Positions 8,415-22,011 of a DNA stretch of 64,000 nucleotides are shown piece after piece; the stretch's first letter is position 1, and the number at the start of each line of letters is the position of its first letter. The translations under genes were made by a program, and so were the position numbers. The notes under the pieces are model-generated. The model ran no database searches. It worked only from the letters and a program-made list of their open reading frames with translations, and was not told the DNA's origin. The DNA comes from Tetramitus jugosus. Its lineage: Eukaryota > Protista > Heterolobosea. The stretch covers positions 62,001-126,000 of the forward strand of contig OW569374.1 of the NCBI GenBank assembly GCA_937625935.1. Direction: 5' to 3'.

Positions 8415-11400
8415 TTATCTTCTGCCTCTCTTTGGAGATGGGGACTCCGCATAGGAGACTGGAGCAGAACGTCGTCTCTTTGCACTTGCCTTATCATCTG
8501 ACTCGGATTTACTTCTGCTCGAGGTTCTCGAGCGAGAACTGCGATCTCTTGAATCTTCCTCATCACTGGAACGAACTCTTCGTGTGGGTCGTTCCATGTC
8601 ACTATCATGATCAGATTCATGATAGCTAACTACTCGCGAAGCTCTGCGACTACCTCGAGTAGAGTCGGATGGCGGATGATCCACTCGCTCTTTAGTAGAT
8701 CGAGCATTACTTGGCTTCGAATCTGGAGATCTATGACTTCTAGACGATCGAGAGGAGCTCGATGTCTTTGAACTGCCACGCTTTGAAGATTCCTCCTTCT
8801 CAGCAGTCGACAATCTTTCATATAAACTCTGCAAAGTTGTACTGTCAGCATCTGTGTTGGCTCTCTTGCGTACGTATTCCCACAAGCTAGTCAACAATCG
8901 CTCATTGCTCGAATTTGCAATAGCAGGTGTTCTATTCTTTGCCTTGTTTGCAATAATTCGATCAATGAGTCGTCCAATCTCTAACAATCCAGCCTTCAGT
9001 ACCTGCAAGCGATAGGTTGGGTTATCATCCACCGTTAATTGTGCGATGCTATCTAAGCTCTCTGTCACAGGAGCGAGCTGCTTACCACACACGCTGTATA
9101 GATCTTCATCATCAGCTTGACTACTTCGAGATCGTCCACGAGTTGGTGTGTCGAGTTGAGATGAACTGCTAGTCCTTGTCGGTCTCTTTGGAGGGGAGTG
9201 TTTTTCCTCTGATACTCGAGAGTCATTCTCAGATGCTTTTTTGTTTGTAGATCTTGTGCGAGAGGAGCTAGAGGACGATGTTGAAGTCGATTCAGAAGCG
9301 GTTTTTGACTTGGATTCAGAACTTGCTTTGGCACTCTTTGTTGGCTTCTTTGCATTCTTCTCTTCCTCCTTCTTGATCTCCTCCTTGAGAGCAGACATCA
9401 AGACATCAACACGTCTCGACAACTGCACAGCCTTGATGCGCTTCTTGGCATCCTTGTCACTCTCTGGTGCAATCTTATCCTCCAATTTGAACAATGGATC
9501 AGTTCGAATGCGTTCCCAACTTCCAATACCATGCTTAATGATACCACGCAACAAGTTGGCATCATCAGCCACACTCCACTCAACTGACCATTGTCTCACT
9601 GTCTTTATATTCGTCTGCTTCCGATTTAGAGTGGCATCATCATACGTATCAATCTTTTGCTTCAATGCTTCCATGTGTTCCTGTAGCTCGACAATCTCAA
9701 GCGGCTCAATCTTCACTCCATTAAAGTCGATAGAGCTTGGAATAGTCGTCTTTGTTTTCGCTTTGCGAGAGTGCCCCTTTGAGTCATCCACTGGTGGATA
9801 CACAACATCACGGCAAGCTTTGAGGAACGAGTCAAAGAACGTCGTCACGTCCTTCTCCTTCTTTTTTCCAATGAGCTCAGCATCTTGTAGGATTGCTTTC
9901 ACACGAGATCGATCAGGGAACTTTTTGAATGCTCTGATGAACGCTCGTGTTTCAGGAACATTGAAACCACCAATTCTGTTCTTGCTGCTGGACTTGCTCT
10001 TGCTCTTCTTCTCATCGTACTCATCATCTGAATAATTCGCATCATCTAACCGATCAGGATCGTAGTCTCCATCGTTTGATGGATTGTAGGACTGAATTTG
10101 CTTGCGCTTCCTAGTGTTTCTCTGAGACTCGTACAATGGATCGTTGGAATCATCTTGTTCACCAATCAATCCTGACCAGAATTTGCTCTGCTTCTCCTGT
10201 TCTTCCTTCGATAATCCCGCCGGCTTCTGTGGTTTCACTATCGATTGATCCACAATCGAAAAGTTTGCAACCTTGAAAGCACTCATGATCGATTTGGATC
10301 TCTCTGCCTCCTGTGCCAGTTCAGCTTCTTGCTCTGTTCTGTTCGTTGTTTCAGCACGAGCCAATATATCGTCTAGATCCATCTCTGTCAGTTCCTTTGT
10401 TCCACCCTCTCCTTCACCTGCCTGCTCACCTTCTCCTTGCTTAAACAATTCGGTGGCACCAAACTTGAGAACTTCGGCCAACTCATGCTTAGAGAATTGA
10501 CTGTATCCCTGCTTGCTCTTGGTTTGATCAATGATCGTACGACCAGATGTGTCCATCTTTTGAATCACCAAATGATCCAGAATCATCTTTTGTTTGGCAG
10601 ACTCGAGAATCTTTTCTTCAACACTGTTACTCGTGACCAGTCTATAAATGTTCACTACTTTAGTCTGGCCAATACGATGCGCTCTGGCCTCTGCCTGCAG
10701 ATCATTCTGTGGGTTCCAATCTGAATCAAAGATAATCACAGTATCTGCAGTAGCAAGATTAATGCCCAAGCCACCAGCACGTGTGGAAAGCAAGAAGCAA
10801 AAGTCCTCAGATCCAGGCGCATTGAAATGGTCGACAACATGTTGTCGCTCTCGACTAGATGTGGAACCGTCCAGTCTTTGGAACTTGAATCCCCTCAATG
10901 ACAAGTATCTTCCGAGTACATCTAGCATCTTAACCATCTGAGAGAAAATGAGCACTCTATGACCCGTATCTCTCAACCTAGTTAACAATTTATCCAACAA
11001 GATCATTTTACCTGACGATTTAATCAAGGCATCAATCTCATTCTTGTTCTCCTTAGAGGCAAGAGCTGTGTCCCTAGCACCATCGAACAAGTATGGATGA
11101 TTGCAACACTTCTTCAATTCTACAACAATATTCAACAGTGAAGTCTGACTACCACATCGACTGAGCTCTTGGAAGTTTCTGCTCAAAATCCACTTGTAGT
11201 ACTGTCTTTGCACGTTAGACAAACCAACACGCAATATTCTCTCAATCTTGTTTGGCAAGCTCTTTTCGACATCCGCCTTCAGACGCCTGAGAATATGGGG
11301 CGCTAATTCCTCATGCAACTCTGATAAACGATCCTGTGAGTGAAGTTCAGAATAATGACGTTCGAAAGCATCCATAGAATTGAATTTTTCTGGCATCAAA

Positions 11401-14282
11401 AAGTGAAGCAAGCACCACAGTTCCTTTAAGGTATTCTGCAGTGGAGTACCAGTAATCAACAACCGACCAGCAGTCTTAAATTGAATAAGAACTTCGTACA
11501 ACTTTGACTTGTCATTTTTGAGACGATGAGCCTCATCTACAGCCAAGTAACTCCAAGAGATTTTGTTCAGAAATTCGGCGTCCTTCAAAACATGTTCATA
11601 TGTCGTCAACAGCACATTAAATTTGAATTTCTTGCCACCTTCAGCATCATGAAACATTTCAAATGTTCTGACAATTTCTCTGCTGCGAGCGTCACCAATA
11701 TATGGAACAACATATAATTCAGGGGCCCACTTCTTGAACTCCTTCATCCATCCTGCGAGCACAGACAGTGGGACAACAACAAGGAATGGACCTTGAATTT
11801 TCTTCTCATGGTACAAAAAGTTTAGGAAAGTAATAGACTGAAGCGTCTTTCCTAGACCCATCTCATCTGCAAGAATGACATTTGTTCTCGTACACCAACT
11901 GTAGTGGAGCCAATTGACTCCCTCCAGCTGGTATTCACGCATTTGTCCACCGGCAAACCATTCAGGTTGCTCAGTAAGTTGCTTGAATGATGTTTCGTTG
12001 TTTGAAATATTTGGATATTGGTAACCGCTGTCATTGTGATGGCTCCAATAAGCATCAATCTTTGATTGGAAGCCAGCTATCGTGTGATCAAACTCCCACG
12101 TACAGTCCGAATAAGGCAAAAATTTCCATTTCACCAAGTATTCATATTCTGATTGCATATTCGTGTCAGCCGGAGAAACAACCTCCTTGTGACTAATCAC
12201 TCTGTCGACTTGCACCCACTTGTTCAACATCTGTTTCTCCATCTCATCATAGACATTCTGCTGCTCAATTTCTTCTGGATTTGCACTTTGCTTCCACGCC
12301 TCCAACTGGTTCTTCTTTTTGATGTAATTTTCTAGTTTCTTAAAACCCTTCAAGTTTTTAAGATATTCGTACGTGAACCATGAGCTGTGTATGTGAGCCC
12401 ATCCCTTCCAATGAATCAAGTATTGCACAATAAAATCGACGCCTTCGGAACCTGCTGGGTCATCATCGCCCTCGATCATATCACCAATTGACCCATCATG
12501 CAATAATTTAAACTTTTTGCAATCACACACGCGTTCAATAATATCTTCTTCAATATCTTGAAACAGAGGTGTTCCTCCCTGTTGTGCCCGCTTGAATTCA
12601 CCTTCTTCATCTGACCGCTCTTCATCAGATCCATCAAAGAACTCGTTATATGATTTATTCTTGGCGGCATTCCTTCCAGTGTCTCTGTTCTTACCGGTAC
12701 CTGCTCTTCTTCGTTCTGCAGCAGGCATCCACGAGTCATCATCGTCATCAGCATCACTGTCTGGATTGACTTGCGATTTCCTACGTGTCTGTCCTGCAAA
12801 ATCCAAAATATTGCTATCGACCATGCTCGATTTCTTGCCTCTTCTGCTGTTGGAGCTCAATCGCTTCGTCGCTGCTGCTGCATTCTTTGTCTTTCGTGTT
12901 GTTTTCTTTTGATTTTTACGAGCAGCACTTCTCTTGTTTTTTCCTCTCTTGCTGTCGCTATACTCACTGTCGTCATCGTCGTCATCGATAAAATCATCAG
13001 AATCGACAGCGCCACCACCTCCATCATCAAAATGAAAGTCTCTATCGCGAGGATCATCATTCTCTTCAAAGTTATACTCGTCTTCACCGTCTTCATCATC
13101 ATCGTCATCGTCATCATCAACCATCTTACCAGACGTAGACTCAGCATAGGACATCAATTTTTTCTGTCGTAGATTATTTTTGGTGTTCTTTTTGTTTTCA
13201 TTGAAACTGCTGCCACTTTGACTACTCTCACTATCACTGTCTTTCTTATCTCCATTTTCTTCGTCTTCATCATCATCATACATGGATGAGTATCCATCAT
13301 CTCCCTTGTTACTTGCTTCATCGTCAGATGAACTGTCATCAGAGGATGATGACGATGAATCGTATGCATTGTCCAGTAGAGACCTTGGTTTTTGTGATGA
13401 CGCTACCAACAATGATGGTGATGGAGCTACACTTTGTTTTTGTGGTTGATTAGTCACAACAACAGCAGCAGCAGCAGCAACAGGAGTAGTGTTACTACTG
13501 TTGCTATTGAATGAATGAACTTGCTTGTCTTCTGATTCCATAAATATATCACCTTCTTCATCTGCATGATGATCAATCAAATGTCGATCATCATCATCAT
13601 CATCATCATTGAATGACAATTCTTTTTGTGTCCTTGAAAAAATGTTGGTCAAATCAGGAGGAGGAACTGTTGTTGTTGTTGATGATGATTCATTACTACC
13701 ACTACTAGCACGACCACCATTGGTAGTCCTATTTGCAGTATTTTGTTGACCATTTGTTTTCATTGGTGACGTAGTGGATGATCGCTTCATGGATGATGAT
13801 ACTGGTGATTGTGCGACACTATTGTTGTTATTGTTGAGAATTCTCTGCTTAGAGATGAACTCGTCAGCAACGTATTGTGATGGTTGAAACATGTGTTGAA
13901 CATTTTGCTTCTTCATCAATGGAGTTTGTTGATTGGTTGTTGTTGTTGCTATTGGTGTGATTGGTATCATTGATGATGGTAAAATTGGTCGATAGGGTGA
14001 CGCTGCATGATTCATTGGTTGAATGGGATGTTGATAGGTTGTTGTTGGTAATGTAGGTAATTGAGGATGTCTTTGATGATGATACATTGAGCTGTGACCA
14101 CCACTCACACCACTTCCAATGATGGTACCACCTGGTGTTGATGGTGTCAATGGTATCATTGGAGCGATCATTGAATTGACTGATAGTGGATTGACCATGG
14201 GAGGCAATGGTCTACCACCATTCGTACTCTTGTTGTTGTTGTTAGTGTTAGTGTTGTTGTTGTTGTTTGATTGATGATTCAT
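8415..14282 (-). CDS. CHD1: Chromodomain-helicase-DNA-binding protein CHD1, 1955 aa, intronless
   Basis: Tandem chromodomains ([15 protein letters not shown]; [16 protein letters not shown]), SNF2 ATPase ([37 protein letters not shown]), SANT/SLIDE region ([28 protein letters not shown]). Confidence 0.95.
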   Translation of the reverse strand: MNHQSNNNNNTNTNNNNKSTNGGRPLPPMVNPLSVNSMIAPMIPLTPSTPGGTIIGSGVSGGHSSMYHHQRHPQLPTLPTTTYQHPIQPMNHAASPYRPILPSSMIPITPIATTTTNQQTPLMKKQNVQHMFQPSQYVADEFISKQRILNNNNNSVAQSPVSSSMKRSSTTSPMKTNGQQNTANRTTNGGRASSGSNESSSTTTTVPPPDLTNIFSRTQKELSFNDDDDDDDRHLIDHHADEEGDIFMESEDKQVHSFNSNSSNTTPVAAAAAVVVTNQPQKQSVAPSPSLLVASSQKPRSLLDNAYDSSSSSSDDSSSDDEASNKGDDGYSSMYDDDEDEENGDKKDSDSESSQSGSSFNENKKNTKNNLRQKKLMSYAESTSGKMVDDDDDDDDEDGEDEYNFEENDDPRDRDFHFDDGGGGAVDSDDFIDDDDDDSEYSDSKRGKNKRSAARKNQKKTTRKTKNAAAATKRLSSNSRRGKKSSMVDSNILDFAGQTRRKSQVNPDSDADDDDDSWMPAAERRRAGTGKNRDTGRNAAKNKSYNEFFDGSDEERSDEEGEFKRAQQGGTPLFQDIEEDIIERVCDCKKFKLLHDGSIGDMIEGDDDPAGSEGVDFIVQYLIHWKGWAHIHSSWFTYEYLKNLKGFKKLENYIKKKNQLEAWKQSANPEEIEQQNVYDEMEKQMLNKWVQVDRVISHKEVVSPADTNMQSEYEYLVKWKFLPYSDCTWEFDHTIAGFQSKIDAYWSHHNDSGYQYPNISNNETSFKQLTEQPEWFAGGQMREYQLEGVNWLHYSWCTRTNVILADEMGLGKTLQSITFLNFLYHEKKIQGPFLVVVPLSVLAGWMKEFKKWAPELYVVPYIGDARSREIVRTFEMFHDAEGGKKFKFNVLLTTYEHVLKDAEFLNKISWSYLAVDEAHRLKNDKSKLYEVLIQFKTAGRLLITGTPLQNTLKELWCLLHFLMPEKFNSMDAFERHYSELHSQDRLSELHEELAPHILRRLKADVEKSLPNKIERILRVGLSNVQRQYYKWILSRNFQELSRCGSQTSLLNIVVELKKCCNHPYLFDGARDTALASKENKNEIDALIKSSGKMILLDKLLTRLRDTGHRVLIFSQMVKMLDVLGRYLSLRGFKFQRLDGSTSSRERQHVVDHFNAPGSEDFCFLLSTRAGGLGINLATADTVIIFDSDWNPQNDLQAEARAHRIGQTKVVNIYRLVTSNSVEEKILESAKQKMILDHLVIQKMDTSGRTIIDQTKSKQGYSQFSKHELAEVLKFGATELFKQGEGEQAGEGEGGTKELTEMDLDDILARAETTNRTEQEAELAQEAERSKSIMSAFKVANFSIVDQSIVKPQKPAGLSKEEQEKQSKFWSGLIGEQDDSNDPLYESQRNTRKRKQIQSYNPSNDGDYDPDRLDDANYSDDEYDEKKSKSKSSSKNRIGGFNVPETRAFIRAFKKFPDRSRVKAILQDAELIGKKKEKDVTTFFDSFLKACRDVVYPPVDDSKGHSRKAKTKTTIPSSIDFNGVKIEPLEIVELQEHMEALKQKIDTYDDATLNRKQTNIKTVRQWSVEWSVADDANLLRGIIKHGIGSWERIRTDPLFKLEDKIAPESDKDAKKRIKAVQLSRRVDVLMSALKEEIKKEEEKNAKKPTKSAKASSESKSKTASESTSTSSSSSSRTRSTNKKASENDSRVSEEKHSPPKRPTRTSSSSQLDTPTRGRSRSSQADDEDLYSVCGKQLAPVTESLDSIAQLTVDDNPTYRLQVLKAGLLEIGRLIDRIIANKAKNRTPAIANSSNERLLTSLWEYVRKRANTDADSTTLQSLYERLSTAEKEESSKRGSSKTSSSSRSSRSHRSPDSKPSNARSTKERVDHPPSDSTRGSRRASRVVSYHESDHDSDMERPTRRVRSSDEEDSRDRSSRSRTSSRSKSESDDKASAKRRRSAPVSYAESPSPKRGRR

Positions 14283-14844
14283 GTTGTCAATCTGTTTCTT
14301 AATGTTGTTTCAATTTTCAAGTTCCAAAATAGGAATGAATACAATATCACTCAAATGATTGTTTGGTATTGATGATGATGGATTGTTTGTTGTTTGGTAG
14401 TTGTTGTTTGTTGTTTGTCGTTGTATTGGGAATAGGAGAGTGTGAGAAACAAAAAAACAAAAGTGTCAAAGCACAAAAAAGGAACGAAGCGCTCTGATTT
14501 TGTTGTTGTTTTGTGTCTGCTTGGTTTTTTGATTCTTTTTGTTTTTTTGAGCGAGGAACACAGTTTTTTTGCCTGGGAATTCGCGGATGGAGTGGAGTAA
14601 CGTCTTTTTTTCGTTCATTCAACCATAGGCACAGAGAGAAGATAGGAATTCAATTGTTGTTACAATCGGAAAACGTGGATGCTTCTTTTTATCAATGAAC
14701 AATAATTAATGGAGTAGTAGTCGTTAATAATAATAATAGTTTAGTCGTAGTAGTCGATAGAATGATGATACATGTGTGTGTGTCTCTCTCTCACTGTGTA
14801 AAGCGCCGAGTCCCCACTTTCTTACCAATAGAGATGTTTCACTC

Positions 14845-16163
14845 TTACTTGGTAGAACGGGTAAAGGTTCTTCCGGATGCAGTTCTCTTCTCAACCTTCT
14901 TTCCGGACAAGTCCTTGGATGCTTCCAAATTTTGCAAGAGCTTGCTGACACGATCTCTTGTACGAATGTGCATGTAAGCCTTGGTGCACTTCAAGTGATA
15001 GTGCAAGTAGCTTCTGAAGGAGACGAGCTTATCAATGACATTGTCTCTATTCTTCTCTTCGACGTGTCTCTCGGACAAGCTCATGCTGATGAATCCCCAT
15101 TCCTTCAATTGATCTCTGTCATCTGGCTCGGAGGACTTGACAGTCTCCTTCAACTCCAAAGGCTTCTCACCTTGAGTAAAGTTGACAGATGGTGCATTGC
15201 CCAATGCTCTGTCCTTCTTGGCATCCTTCAACTCTTGCAAAAAGGTCTTTGCCATGACAACATCATCAGCATCAACAAAGTGAATCGAATAAATAATGAC
15301 CAAAGCCTTCTCATAGCTTACAATATAAATGTTCTCATCAGTTCTGTATGGAATTCTGATTGGATCAAACTTTTCACCCTTCTTGAACTTGTCAAACACG
15401 TGAACAAATGGTCCCATCATGATATATCTCTTGAGCAATGGAACAATTTCAAGGTACTTCTCTGTAAGTACACAAGTATAAGGAATGATGATTATTGTTG
15501 GTGAGGTAGTAATGTAACGACGGTGATGATGAGAAAAATATCATTTTTTTTCATGTGTGTGAGTACAATCGAGAATGAGAAAAAAAAAGGCATCAACAGC
15601 AATTCAATGAAACATACTCTTCTTGGCTTCGTCCAAATTGGTCAAATCAAGCTTCAATGAAACATCATAACCAGATTCAGTTGGCTTTGGCAAAAGCATA
15701 TCACCATATTGCTTCTTCAAGTGTTCAGTCATGCCAAACTTTGCAAGTTCAGCACCGCCTTGAACCTTCATGCTCACATAGAGGATGTCTCTGTTTTCAG
15801 CATCAGAGACAACCTTGAACAAGGTGCCGTCAAAGTCAGCTCCTGATGCGTCAACACCTTCAGGCTTTTCACTATATAGATATTCGTTCGTCGTTGTTGT
15901 TGTTGATCATTGATATGATTGAAAAAAAAGCAAATGGAACATTGGTTAGAAAAAAAGCTTTTTTGGAGGAGGGAAAATTTGGGGAGTGGGAGATCACAAA
16001 AGAGGGAAGAAGATTGATCATGTTTGTGTTGTAATGACGAAAAAAGAGTCATAGAGTGATGATGATTTGCTCTGTGAGGAGTGGCAGTTGTGATCACGTA
16101 CGCATTGAATCTCCTATCTAGGACTTCCTTAATGATACAGTTCTCGCTTTCCAAATGAATCAT
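14845..16163 (-). CDS. ARPC2: Arp2/3 complex 34 kDa subunit, 3 exons, ~310 aa
   Basis: Exons 16163-16102, 15871-15618, 15461-14845 join in frame (933 nt). MIHLESEN, ADFDGTLF, FRSYLHYHLKCTKAYMHIRTR, KRTASGRTF. Confidence 0.95.
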
Positions 16164-16742
16164 TTTTCTATGTCGTTTGTTGTTGGGTTTTTTTGTTGTA
16201 GTGTTTTGATTTTTTTTTGGATGGATTCTGTCAAGCAGACAACACATGCGGCGGATCGCTCTTCACACCTGAAAATTGAGTCAAGTCACACCAAACGAAC
16301 ATGAAAAAAGGATCGACCTCTGAATAGGAGATCTATTCGAAGATTACTCGGAGAAGACAGGAGAGAAGTGAATGCACTGAATACAGTCTCCTCGTTGTTG
16401 TAAACCATTCGTTTCATGATGGATGACAACTCTTTGACGTGAGAGTGGAAATGTCGGATAATATCGAATCTGGTTGACTTATTTTACTTATTTTCTCCGA
16501 AATCGAGTCGTTGAACGTTCATTCTTCTACGGACGAGGTGTCTTGATCCTCATGCTCAAAAAATAGCTCGCAAGCTATCAACACTTCCACTTGCAATCTT
16601 TTTAGCCCAAGATGTCCTTCCATTCTTGCTTTGTGAGTTGAACAACCTCTTGTGATCCCATCACTTTCCAAATAACACCAAAAAAACAAAGATCATTGCC
16701 TGACAAGCTTGTGAATATATTCTGTCCATTGTTGTCGCCAAT

Positions 16743-18413
16743 ATGAATCATCTGATGAAATCATCTTTGACATTGCGTGCTCTTTGCATGGTGCTCTTTC
16801 TGATGACAACTGTCTCCATATGTGCCCTCAATCCCTCCACACGGAAGACCATGGTTTTTCCACTGGAAGATCAATCAGACTACCTGAGAGGTTACTTCTC
16901 TGCTGTGGATCTCAAGAAGCAACCAATGAAGAGTTCTTTGCTCAGTGATCAGGTTTTTGCGACTCTGACATCACTTCAGTTTGAGTACTTTGGAGTTCCT
17001 TCCTGGGAAACAACTCGGTTTGAGAAAGTATATCTCAACAGATTGTTCTTTGATTCCAAGAGTCAAGTTCCACATGTGTTTACTTCGTTTCATGGTCAAA
17101 ATAATTACCTGCCTGTTGTTGGTGCTCAAAATTACATGCCTCATTGTACAGTCTCCTTCCAAGTGCGTCCCAATGCAATTACAGATTCTCAACTCACATT
17201 TAACAAGGCATCACTACTTCAATTTGTAACCAACATTGTTCAGAGAGGCGACACTGAACTTCAAGATTCTGAGACTCGAGATTACTTAAATTTGTTGGCT
17301 GATTGTATCTCTAGGGTTAGTGATAATGATGAGAAACAGAATCAGTTGCACGAGTTCGCTTTGTTAGCGAATAACACTTATTCGTTTACCTCCTTTGTTA
17401 GTGGAACAAATTCTGGAAGCAGAGGTTTGATCGAAACGGTTACATTTGCCAAAGGCGTGGAGTTGATCCAGATTGTTCCTATTGAACTCTCCACTATGGA
17501 AATTACAAGAATGAGCTTGTCAATGGCAAATATTCCTGATGACCAATGGATGCTCCAAATGAGAGAAGTGAGAATAGTTAAGGTTAGTGAGTCCACTACA
17601 GTTCCAACCATTGATGAATGGAGCGGTAAAACAGGCACTGTCGTCCGGAAGAGAAACAACACATTCCAAATTACGGACTTTGCTATTGTTGATGGCAATG
17701 TTTATCCTGAAACAACATTGGCTGTGTCTGATGACCAGATTGTTGTCAGCGATGCAATCAAGGCACAAGTGAAGGAGCGAAGCATTTCGAAGCAAGGGTT
17801 CCATCGTGTATTGAACACCATCATAGAATTCGAGAGAGATTCCACAGCTAGTAGCGGACAAGTAAGTGTGTCTATTGGCGAAGTATTTCCAGAATCCGTT
17901 TTCTTAGATCAATATGAACTCGACGAACTGTGCAGAGTAAATCAGCGCAAGCAGTCCCAGGGCGAGAAATATGATCCATACTTTGAAACAAAAATAGGCA
18001 ATAGTATGGGAGTAGACGTAGAGAAACCTGCCACCGTCTCTCCAATTGTGTACTCGATGTTCACCGCCAATTCAACTTGGACAAGGAAAGGGAGCAGTAA
18101 TATAGAAGTACTTGTGGCTCAATTCCAAGTACCTATTCACTTTAGGTATCAAACACCTTCGATTGATCAAGAGTTCGCCACAGTAACCATTCATGCACCA
18201 ATAACATTCTCTGTGGGAGGAAGTGTGGTGCGGCTAGGTAATACGTGCCCAATCTTGGAAATTCAAGTGCCCCGTGGTCAATTACAACACAGCGATCGTG
18301 TCAAGATCGGGACAGTAGTGGTAACAGTTTGTGGTTCGTTAGCTGTACTGATTGTTACAATGCTAACTGTTTGGAGAAGTAGTTCTAAAATGGACAAGGA
18401 GAAGAAGGAGTAA
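16743..18413 (+). CDS. PIGX: PIG-X/Pbn1 family GPI mannosyltransferase I subunit, 556 aa
   Basis: Signal peptide; GFHRVL, PESVFLDQYEL, VDVEKPA, PIHFRYQTP, IQVPRG; single C-terminal TM; lysine-rich tail (DKEKKE). Confidence 0.8.
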   Translation: MNHLMKSSLTLRALCMVLFLMTTVSICALNPSTRKTMVFPLEDQSDYLRGYFSAVDLKKQPMKSSLLSDQVFATLTSLQFEYFGVPSWETTRFEKVYLNRLFFDSKSQVPHVFTSFHGQNNYLPVVGAQNYMPHCTVSFQVRPNAITDSQLTFNKASLLQFVTNIVQRGDTELQDSETRDYLNLLADCISRVSDNDEKQNQLHEFALLANNTYSFTSFVSGTNSGSRGLIETVTFAKGVELIQIVPIELSTMEITRMSLSMANIPDDQWMLQMREVRIVKVSESTTVPTIDEWSGKTGTVVRKRNNTFQITDFAIVDGNVYPETTLAVSDDQIVVSDAIKAQVKERSISKQGFHRVLNTIIEFERDSTASSGQVSVSIGEVFPESVFLDQYELDELCRVNQRKQSQGEKYDPYFETKIGNSMGVDVEKPATVSPIVYSMFTANSTWTRKGSSNIEVLVAQFQVPIHFRYQTPSIDQEFATVTIHAPITFSVGGSVVRLGNTCPILEIQVPRGQLQHSDRVKIGTVVVTVCGSLAVLIVTMLTVWRSSSKMDKEKKE

Positions 18414-18491
18414 CAGTAATTATAATAAGAATGTATTTACAAGTTCCTAGAATGTATGTTCCCATTATGATGTCTCATAAAATTAAGAAGA

Positions 18492-21400
18492 CTAAAATTC
18501 ATCATAATCGAATTCGTCATCCTGTTCGTTATCCACCCGATTCGACTCAGTAAATTGTTCGATGTCAATATCATCATCCCTTGAAAATGGAGAAGACTTT
18601 AACCGAGAGAGGATCGACGAACCTGTTGTCTGCATGGCTTGCATTCGCAAGTTTTGATCACTGAACATTTTGGCAGCCATCATACCTTGTTCTTCCTCCT
18701 CATCGTCATCTTCTGAGGATGAATCTTGCTGCTGCATACCGGGACGAGAGAGGAATTGGAGAGTGGGAGTATTTCTCTTGATTGATTGCGTTGTTTCTTG
18801 GTTTCGAGGTGACAATGAATGATTTACTTCCTTGTCTTGTACTGGGATATTCTCTTCCACTAGCTGATCATTGAAGATACTATCAGCTATTTCGTCCAAC
18901 GCATCATCTTCGATATCACCTTCAAAGCTCAATTCATGTTCGTCATCTGACATCGCCCTAAATATATCAACTTCAAAATGATCAGAATCGTAACCAAAGC
19001 CCTCGATTGGATGATTTAGTTCTTCCTGCCACTCATTCCCTGATTCATAATCTGGGTTTTCGTTTGTTACATCCTGTAGGGGATCGTCTTCTTCGTGGGC
19101 AGGTTGATTTTCCTCGTCTAGTGTATTACCTACTATTTGTACTTGTTCTTTGTTCGAGGATTGCCACCCATTTCTAGAATCATCCTTGGAATCGTTATCG
19201 AAATGATCAACTTCATCAATTTCAGATACACAGTTCTCGACTTCAGTTGTTTCCTGTTCATTATTGCGGGCGAGACTATTATGTTGAATTTCAGCTCCAG
19301 ATTGAGCATCGCCAATAGATACAGCACTAGATTGTAACTCATCAATACCAAGATCATGAGCATATTGTTCCAATGTTGAGTTATCAACGGTGTCAGGTTC
19401 GACAAGAGACAGATCTTTCAGCTCTAGCAAAGAATTGTTAGAAGGGCTATGGGATGGATCATTTTCACTCGCTTCTACAGGGTGTACCGATTTTGCGGAG
19501 TTAACCTCTTCATGAGATCCAATACTTCGAGTTGGCGATGATATAACTGATACATCTGGAGGGACTTCCTCCATTAATGAATGAAGAGAAACTTCATCAT
19601 TCAAATTTGATAAATCATCAAGATTCTGAGGATCATTTCGGATAAAGAATTTCATTTCGTCCTCTTCCTCAGTACTACTCTTCTCAGAATCATGATAAGA
19701 AAAATCTTCAGCTGATTGGTGCTCCTCCTCTTCTACGTAACTATCATCCACTCCAAGTAATTGCTCAATTTTTTGATCCATCTCTGTGCCATCTTCGACG
19801 TATCTATTCTCGTCAAAATCGTCATCTGTATCTTGTTCTATTGATTTATTGAGTGCACTCATACTTTCTTCATTAGTAATTGATGCTCTTCTATGATCAA
19901 AATACTCTGTAGGTGGATGTTCTGCCGATGCATTGGCTTCTGTTGAGGGGCTTAAGACCCTACTTACTCTTGACTTCATAGCGATTTGTAATTCCTCAAT
20001 CTTAGTATCTAGGGAGGATATTTGTTGTGACACAATCGTAGATAGGTGATCTTGTTTGGTACGAAATTCTCCTACATCATTGTTGTACGTACTAACAAAG
20101 GTTTTCATCTTCTTGATCTCCAAATCCATATCTGAACGTATCGTGGCAACAGCTCTTTGAAGTTCCTCAAAATATATATCAGGACTGTCACGCAAGGAGA
20201 TAGTGGTGGAACTTCCATTTCTCTTCCAATCTTCCATGCTAACATGTAACATCTCGATTTTCTCCTTCAAAGAATTGATGTTTGATTCGCTCATCATTAT
20301 CTTTCTCGATAGACCTTGATTCGTTAATCGAAGTTCTTCACGGAGTTTGCTCAATTCTCTTTCATTTTCATCAAATTTTATGTTCAACTCTCGATAACTC
20401 GTTTTAACCGCGTCACTGTTCTGGTCCTCCTTCTTTTGAAGAATACTTAACCCAGATTCTAACTCATTGCTTTTCCGTTTTACCCTGGAGAGCTCACTTG
20501 AAAGATTCTCCAAAGCAACATTCACACTAGACATATTTTCGTCGAAAAGGAACTGAGTTACCCCTTCATTATGAGTGGCTAAGAGCGGTACTCTCCCATA
20601 CTCAACTGACTTTGCTTCAATAGTCGCCAGACGTTCGAGCATTTCATTCTCCTTTAACGCTCGTTTCCTTCCTTCTTTTTCGAGGCTTTCTGTCCTTCTT
20701 TCTAATTCTGACACCACAACATTATTGTTATATTCCATCTTTCCTATCCGCAATGATATTTCTTTTTCTACTTTCTGCCATTCATCCTTGTTTTGCCTCC
20801 ACTTATCCTGGATTGCCTGATACGAAGAGACAATATTCGATTTGTCTTCAATTGACTCTTTCAGTTCTGAGATCGTGTTTCTTGTTGTTAGTCGATGATG
20901 TTCATTGTAACTTGCTTCTTGACTCACTTTTTTCCCCAGAAGAGAGTAATTTGCATCATGTTTGTCATTAATTGTTTGAAGTTGGTGTATCAGTTCATCT
21001 ACTTTGGATTTGAAATTGAGAAGAGATCCATGGGTCCTTGCTGCTGTTTCGCTTTGTTCCTGGCTCATTAAATCGATTCGTCGATTGATTTGTTCGTACA
21101 TAGCACTCTGATTCCTCTTTTGGTAGTCATAATCTTCTATCCGTTGTACTAAAGCATCTTCCCATTTCTTCGTTTCATCTCTCAACTTTAATTGATTGAC
21201 TTCCAATTGTCTCATTGCTTCTTCCTTGATGGAGTTTGACACGAGAGCTGTTCGACTATCGAACTCAAATAGAATATCTTGTCTGAATTGTTCTACAATT
21301 TTCTTCACCGTGGCCATCTCCATCTTCATGACTGACAATTGTTGCAGGTATCCCTGTTCCATTTCTCTCATCCTAAAGTGCTGTTCACTGTTGACATGAT

Positions 21401-21662
21401 TGGCACAGTTTGCTCCATTTCCGCAGTTCTCAGAGTTTGTTTGGGAGTGTTTACAACAAGAGCTACAATGTGTACAACCACTAAATCTGTTAGTAGAGCT
21501 AGAGTAAACATTTTCTTGGTCTCTGGGCAGCAGAGTTGGACTGGGACTCAAAGGGAATAGAGAAGGCCTCGTATAAAAGTCATTTGTCACTCTAGGTCTC
21601 ATATCGAGATTGTTTTGAGCTTGAGATAGGATCGTATCCAAACTTGTTCTCCAATCATCCAT
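18492..21662 (-). CDS. Large coiled-coil protein with acidic disordered C-terminus (hypothetical)
   Basis: Frame is open 18492-21881. Start MDDWRTSLDTILSQAQNNL at 21662 is preferred because the upstream part overlaps promoter-like sequence. Long heptad region followed by a D/E-rich tail. Confidence 0.75.
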   Translation of the reverse strand: MDDWRTSLDTILSQAQNNLDMRPRVTNDFYTRPSLFPLSPSPTLLPRDQENVYSSSTNRFSGCTHCSSCCKHSQTNSENCGNGANCANHVNSEQHFRMREMEQGYLQQLSVMKMEMATVKKIVEQFRQDILFEFDSRTALVSNSIKEEAMRQLEVNQLKLRDETKKWEDALVQRIEDYDYQKRNQSAMYEQINRRIDLMSQEQSETAARTHGSLLNFKSKVDELIHQLQTINDKHDANYSLLGKKVSQEASYNEHHRLTTRNTISELKESIEDKSNIVSSYQAIQDKWRQNKDEWQKVEKEISLRIGKMEYNNNVVVSELERRTESLEKEGRKRALKENEMLERLATIEAKSVEYGRVPLLATHNEGVTQFLFDENMSSVNVALENLSSELSRVKRKSNELESGLSILQKKEDQNSDAVKTSYRELNIKFDENERELSKLREELRLTNQGLSRKIMMSESNINSLKEKIEMLHVSMEDWKRNGSSTTISLRDSPDIYFEELQRAVATIRSDMDLEIKKMKTFVSTYNNDVGEFRTKQDHLSTIVSQQISSLDTKIEELQIAMKSRVSRVLSPSTEANASAEHPPTEYFDHRRASITNEESMSALNKSIEQDTDDDFDENRYVEDGTEMDQKIEQLLGVDDSYVEEEEHQSAEDFSYHDSEKSSTEEEDEMKFFIRNDPQNLDDLSNLNDEVSLHSLMEEVPPDVSVISSPTRSIGSHEEVNSAKSVHPVEASENDPSHSPSNNSLLELKDLSLVEPDTVDNSTLEQYAHDLGIDELQSSAVSIGDAQSGAEIQHNSLARNNEQETTEVENCVSEIDEVDHFDNDSKDDSRNGWQSSNKEQVQIVGNTLDEENQPAHEEDDPLQDVTNENPDYESGNEWQEELNHPIEGFGYDSDHFEVDIFRAMSDDEHELSFEGDIEDDALDEIADSIFNDQLVEENIPVQDKEVNHSLSPRNQETTQSIKRNTPTLQFLSRPGMQQQDSSSEDDDEEEEQGMMAAKMFSDQNLRMQAMQTTGSSILSRLKSSPFSRDDDIDIEQFTESNRVDNEQDDEFDYDEF

Positions 21663-21726
21663 TTTGTTATGTGGTTCAACAATGGAGTACCTTTCGCCCG
21701 TTTTTTCGCAAAAGACTTTGGTACAA

Positions 21727-21738
21727 TTTTGGCGGGAA
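21727..21738. promoter_or_regulatory. E2F-like site TTTTGGCGGGAA
   Basis: Matches the E2F consensus (TTTSSCGS). Lies 65-76 nt upstream of ATG 21662, in a divergent promoter region. Confidence 0.4.
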
Positions 21739-22011
21739 CCAGTTATACATTCATTTCCCAAATCAACCGACTTTGTGAAGATCCGTGACAGGTTCTGAGC
21801 ATCGTTAGCAGTGTTGTTGACTGACAGTTGTGATAGTATAATATTTTGCCAAATATCAAAACAAGTCTCAACAATGAACACTGAACTATGATAATTTTCC
21901 TCCTCTCACACGCACCTGAAAGCAAAAAAACTCCCACAAAACACCCACAAAATCATCCCCAACAACAACAATATCAAAAACACCATCCATCAACAAATAT
22001 CAATCAACTGA

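Noticed and set aside
16250-16700. Possible small gene between ARPC2 and PIG-X
   Set aside because: Only short interrupted frames; no consistent model.
21663-21881. N-terminal extensions of track ORFs (21881, 30348, 34850, 5934, 7165, 2711)
   Set aside because: They run through promoter or UTR-like sequence or use non-ATG starts; downstream ATGs fit better.
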